DNA of 64,000 nucleotides from Actinomycetota bacterium (GTDB lineage Bacteria; Actinomycetota; Acidimicrobiia; Acidimicrobiales; JAJPHE01): NCBI GenBank assembly GCA_021325435.1, contig JAJPHE010000124.1, positions 3,921 to 67,920 of the forward strand, read 5' to 3'. Shown piece by piece: positions 61,013 to 64,000 of this stretch (position 1 is its first letter; each line of letters starts with the position of its first letter). The notes under the pieces were generated by a model. It saw only the letters and a program-made list of their open reading frames with translations, ran no database searches and was not told where the DNA came from. The position numbers and the translations under genes were made by a program.

Positions 61013-61747
61013 GTGGCCCGGAGCATCCCGCCGCCCTCGCTGGGCGAGCGGCCGCTGACCGACGAGGAGTTCTCCGCCGCGGTCGTGGCCGTCACCTCGG
61101 CCTTCGGCGACCCGACCCGGCGTGACATTTACCTTTTCGCCCGGCGCGACACCGGGGTGACGGCCGCCGAGGTGGCCGAGCGCTTCGAGCTGCACCCCAA
61201 CGTGGCCCGCCACCACCTCGACAAGCTGGCCGCCGGCGGTTACCTCGAGGTCTTCCTCGAGCGGCCCGGCACCGGGGGCGCCGGCCGCCCCTCCAAGCGC
61301 TACCGGGCCGTGGCCGGGCGGACCGGGTTCGACCTGCCGGCCCGCAAGGACGACCTCCTCGTGACCCTGCTGCAGCGGGCGCTGGCCCTTCTGCCAGCTG
61401 AGCAGGCCGAGGTGATGGCCGAACAGGTCGGCGAGGAGTACGGCCGCTCCCTGGCCGCCACTATGGCCCCCGCCGAGGGACACCGCTCGCTGCGGGCGTC
61501 GCTCGGGGCGGTGGCCGAGGCCCTCACCGCCCACGGGTTCGCCGCCCACGCCGAGGCCCGGGCCGGCACCATCGCCATCATCTCGGACCTCTGCCCCTTC
61601 GGTCCCGCCGCCTCCCAGCACCCGGTCATCTGCGCGGTGGACCGGGGCATGGTGCGGGGAATGCTCGCCGGCCTCTACGGCGACACCGCGCCCACGACCG
61701 AGTCGTCGCGGGCCCAGGGCGACGCCTCCTGCGTCACCGTCGTCTGA
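61013..61747 (+). CDS. ArsR-type winged-HTH regulator with C-terminal Cys motif (SufR-like)
   Basis: ORF 61013..61747 (GTG). wHTH GDPTRRDIYLF...VTAAEVAERFELHPNVARHHLDKLAAGGYL. C-terminal CPFGPAASQHPVIC (C-x12-C) plus a distal Cys. Confidence 0.6.
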   Translation: MARSIPPPSLGERPLTDEEFSAAVVAVTSAFGDPTRRDIYLFARRDTGVTAAEVAERFELHPNVARHHLDKLAAGGYLEVFLERPGTGGAGRPSKRYRAVAGRTGFDLPARKDDLLVTLLQRALALLPAEQAEVMAEQVGEEYGRSLAATMAPAEGHRSLRASLGAVAEALTAHGFAAHAEARAGTIAIISDLCPFGPAASQHPVICAVDRGMVRGMLAGLYGDTAPTTESSRAQGDASCVTVV

Positions 61748-62884
61748 GTGGGCCGCCACTACCTCGATCACGCCTCGACCAGCCCGGCCCGTCCCGAGGT
61801 GGTGGAGGCCATGCTCGGTTGGATGACCGGCGAGCGGTCCGCCGACCCGGCCCGGGTCCACACCGAAGGCCGCGTCGCCCGTGCCGCGGTGGAGGAGGCC
61901 CGCGAGGCGGTGGCCGAGCTCCTCGGGGCCCGACCCCGCGAGGTGGTGTTCACCAGCGGGGCGACCGAGGCGATCAACGCCGCGGTGTGGGGAGCGTCGC
62001 GCCGCCGGGCCGGAGCCATGTTGTGCGCCGGCGTGGAGCACTCGGCCGTGCGCGACGCATCGCGCCGGGCCGGCCCGGTCGTGGACGTGCCGGTCGACCG
62101 GGCCGGACGGATGCACGCCGAGGCGGTGATCGAAGCGGCGGCAACGGCGGGCGAGGTGTCGCTGGTCCACTGCCAGTGGGCCAACCACGAGGTGGGCACC
62201 ACCCAGCCGGTGCCCGAGGTGGCCGAAGCCGCCCGGCGGGCCGGGGCGCTGGTCCACGTCGACGCGGCGGCGGCCGCCGGCCACCTGCCCGTGGACTTCG
62301 CCGGCTCGGATCTCGACCTCGTGTCGGTCAGCGCCCACAAGCTGGGCGGCCCCAAAGGGGTGGGCGCCCTCTTGGTGCGGCGGGGGCTGCGGATGGACCC
62401 GTTGCTGGTGGGAGGCGAGCAGGAGCGGGCCCGGCGGGCGGGCCTCGAGAACGTGCCCGGCATCGTCGGCTTCGGCGCCGCCGCCCGGGCGCTGCTCGCC
62501 GAGGGCCGGCTGGCCGCCGAGGCCGAGTCCGCCCGGCGCATGACCGAGCGCGTTCTGGACGCGGTGCCGGCGGTGCCCGGCGCCTCCGTCTATGGGGACC
62601 CGGCCGGCCGGGTTCCCCACATCGTGTGCCTCGGAGTCGAGGGGGTGGAGGCCGAGGCGGTGGTGCTCGGGCTCGACCAGGCCGGCGTCGCCGTGCACTC
62701 GGGCTCGGCCTGCTCGTCGGAGACGCTCGAGCCCTCCCCGGTGCTGGAGGCGATGGGGGTGGACGCCGACCGGTCGGTGCGGGTGTCGGTCGGGTGGTCG
62801 ACCACCGACGACGACATCGACGCTCTGGTGGCCGCCCTGCCGGACGTGGTGGCCCGGCTGCGGGCGCTACGCGCCGGCGGCTGA
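61748..62884 (+). CDS. Cysteine desulfurase (class V aminotransferase, NifS/IscS-like)
   Basis: ORF 61748..62884; GTG directly follows the regulator stop. PLP-Lys SVSAHKLGGPKG; catalytic Cys HSGSACSSE. Confidence 0.85.
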   Translation: MGRHYLDHASTSPARPEVVEAMLGWMTGERSADPARVHTEGRVARAAVEEAREAVAELLGARPREVVFTSGATEAINAAVWGASRRRAGAMLCAGVEHSAVRDASRRAGPVVDVPVDRAGRMHAEAVIEAAATAGEVSLVHCQWANHEVGTTQPVPEVAEAARRAGALVHVDAAAAAGHLPVDFAGSDLDLVSVSAHKLGGPKGVGALLVRRGLRMDPLLVGGEQERARRAGLENVPGIVGFGAAARALLAEGRLAAEAESARRMTERVLDAVPAVPGASVYGDPAGRVPHIVCLGVEGVEAEAVVLGLDQAGVAVHSGSACSSETLEPSPVLEAMGVDADRSVRVSVGWSTTDDDIDALVAALPDVVARLRALRAGG

Positions 62885-63658
62885 CCCGGCTTCCTGGCGG
62901 GCCCGGGCCAGCACCGCCTTGACGGCGTCGGCGTTGGCTGCCGGCGGGTTGGAGGCGAGGTAGGCCTCGAGCTGGGGGACGGCGTCGGCCGCGTCGTGTT
63001 GGTCGTCGAGGAGCATGACGCCGAGGAAGAAATGGGCGTCGGGGTAGCCGGGGGCGATGGCGACGGCGTCCCGCTCGGAAGCCAAGGCCTGGCCGAGAAG
63101 GTTCTTGTCGTCGCGCACGTTGCCCGCCTCGCGCAGCAGCCAGCCGCGGTAGGCGAGCGCCTCGACCTGGTGCGGGTCGGCCCGCAGCACGGCGTCGTAC
63201 AGCCGGAGGGCGCCCACGCTGTCGCCGTTGGCCAGCGCCACCCGCGCCGCGGCCAGCTCCTGGTCGGGGGTCATGGCCACCGAGCCGGTGATGGTCTGGC
63301 CCGGCGAGCGCCACCCGGCCATGCCGGCGGCGACGAAGGCGACGCCACCAGCGAAGAAGAGGGCGCCGGCCACGGCGACGACGGTCCGCAGCCGCCGGCG
63401 GCTGCGGGGCGGGGAGGCCGGGCCGCCATCAGCGGGCGCCGCCGCCGGAGTGTCGGCCGGCGTCTCCGCTTCGCCCAGCAGGCGCAGCACCTCAGCGGCC
63501 CGGGCCGTGTAGCCGTCGCGCAGGGCCCGGTGGTCCTCGGGGCTGATCTCCCCGTCGGCCAGCTCGGCTTCGAGGTCGCGCAGCGAGGCCAGCAGGAAGT
63601 CGCGCTCCTGGCGGAGCGCCTCAACTGACCGGGCTTCGGTGACCGGACCGGGGGTCAC
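62867..63658 (-). CDS. TPR-repeat membrane protein, CcmI/CycH-like (c-type cytochrome biogenesis accessory)
   Basis: Trimmed from ORF 62867..63997 to GTG 63658 (GTGA overlap with the ccmH stop). One TM helix (VVAVAGALFFAGGVAFVAAG), then TPR-like repeats (ALRLYDAVLRADPHQVEALAYRGWLL). Confidence 0.5.
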   Translation of the reverse strand: MTPGPVTEARSVEALRQERDFLLASLRDLEAELADGEISPEDHRALRDGYTARAAEVLRLLGEAETPADTPAAAPADGGPASPPRSRRRLRTVVAVAGALFFAGGVAFVAAGMAGWRSPGQTITGSVAMTPDQELAAARVALANGDSVGALRLYDAVLRADPHQVEALAYRGWLLREAGNVRDDKNLLGQALASERDAVAIAPGYPDAHFFLGVMLLDDQHDAADAVPQLEAYLASNPPAANADAVKAVLARARQEAGSAAGA

Positions 63659-64000
63659 GGCTCGTCTCCCGGTGGGCCGCCGCTCCGGGCCAACGCTTCC
63701 TCCACCAGGCGACGGTCCGCTTCGGCCGGATCCCCGCCCGAGACGGCACGACGCCAGCGGGCGAAGGCGAACGCCAGGGCGCCGAGGGCGATGACGGCGC
63801 CGGCCACGGGGAGCTCCCACACCAGCCCGGCCACGCCCCGGGTCGGGGGCCGCAGCAGGATGTCGCGCCCGTAGCGGCCGGCCAGCCAGCTCTCGATCTG
63901 GGCGGGCGACTGGCCCTGTTGCAGCCCCTGGCGGATGGTCTGGCGGACGGCCACGGCGGTGGGGGCGTTGGAGTCGGCCGCGGTGAGGTCCGTGCACGAC
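63655..64000 (-). CDS. ccmH: Cytochrome c-type biogenesis protein CcmH (5' end beyond window)
   Basis: The ORF track starts it at 63954, but the frame stays open to the window edge. Hand translation there gives ...SCTDLTAADSNAPTAVAVRQ, the CcmH CxxC...ADSNAP region. A TM helix follows (VAGAVIALGALAFAFA). Confidence 0.7.
   Translation of the reverse strand, partial: SCTDLTAADSNAPTAVAVRQTIRQGLQQGQSPAQIESWLAGRYGRDILLRPPTRGVAGLVWELPVAGAVIALGALAFAFARWRRAVSGGDPAEADRRLVEEALARSGGPPGDEP

Noticed and set aside
1-64000. Search for mobile elements, CRISPR arrays, toxin-antitoxin or phage-defence cassettes, and compositional islands.
   Set aside because: No transposase, integrase, recombinase or Cas-like translations appear in the ORF track. 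No spaced direct-repeat arrays or flanking tRNA/attachment-like repeats were seen. The only AT-enriched patches are short promoter-like intergenic segments (about 18.49 kb, 45.40 kb, 51.6-51.7 kb).

Overview
High-GC (by eye about 70%, not computed), very gene-dense chromosomal segment with actinobacterial hallmarks: a WhiB-family gene beside a PdtaS-type kinase, DUF3107 plus two ArsA-like ATPases, a histidine-phosphatase/DUF3090/SCO1664-like triad, a DinB-family protein, many GTG starts and twelve 4-nt GTGA/ATGA gene overlaps. I call about 70 protein-coding genes. I found no rRNA, tRNA, CRISPR array, transposase, integrase or prophage signature, and no obvious compositional island. Content is mostly housekeeping and accessory metabolism (peptidases, crotonases, thiolase, EtfAB, DNA glycosylases, Lgt, sigma/anti-sigma pair, cAMP and c-di-GMP enzymes, an Fe-S module, a CcmH fragment at the right edge). 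All family calls rest on motifs read from the ORF-track translations, not on database searches. Gene starts were re-trimmed by codon counting because high GC creates long shadow ORFs and N-terminal over-extensions. The best novelty candidates are: (1) a translationally coupled operon at 10778-16649 encoding a chimeric Liv-type ABC transporter (signal-peptide protein, MFS-LivF fusion, LivH-LivM-LivG fusion with a UvrC-like HhH2 tail) behind a PucR regulator; (2) an Lrp-flanked five-gene operon at 23705-28879 joining a heme-oxygenase-fold protein, HppD and HmgA to a PLP gamma-family enzyme and an arylamine N-acetyltransferase; (3) the conserved-unknown phosphatase/DUF3090/kinase-like cluster with a fourth coupled gene at 42330-45209. 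Regulatory observations include a perfect TGTGA-N6-TCACA CRP-type site upstream of whiB, a TTGACC-N18-TATATT promoter with an operator-like inverted repeat, and several TANNNT boxes 6-7 nt from start codons that suggest leaderless mRNAs.
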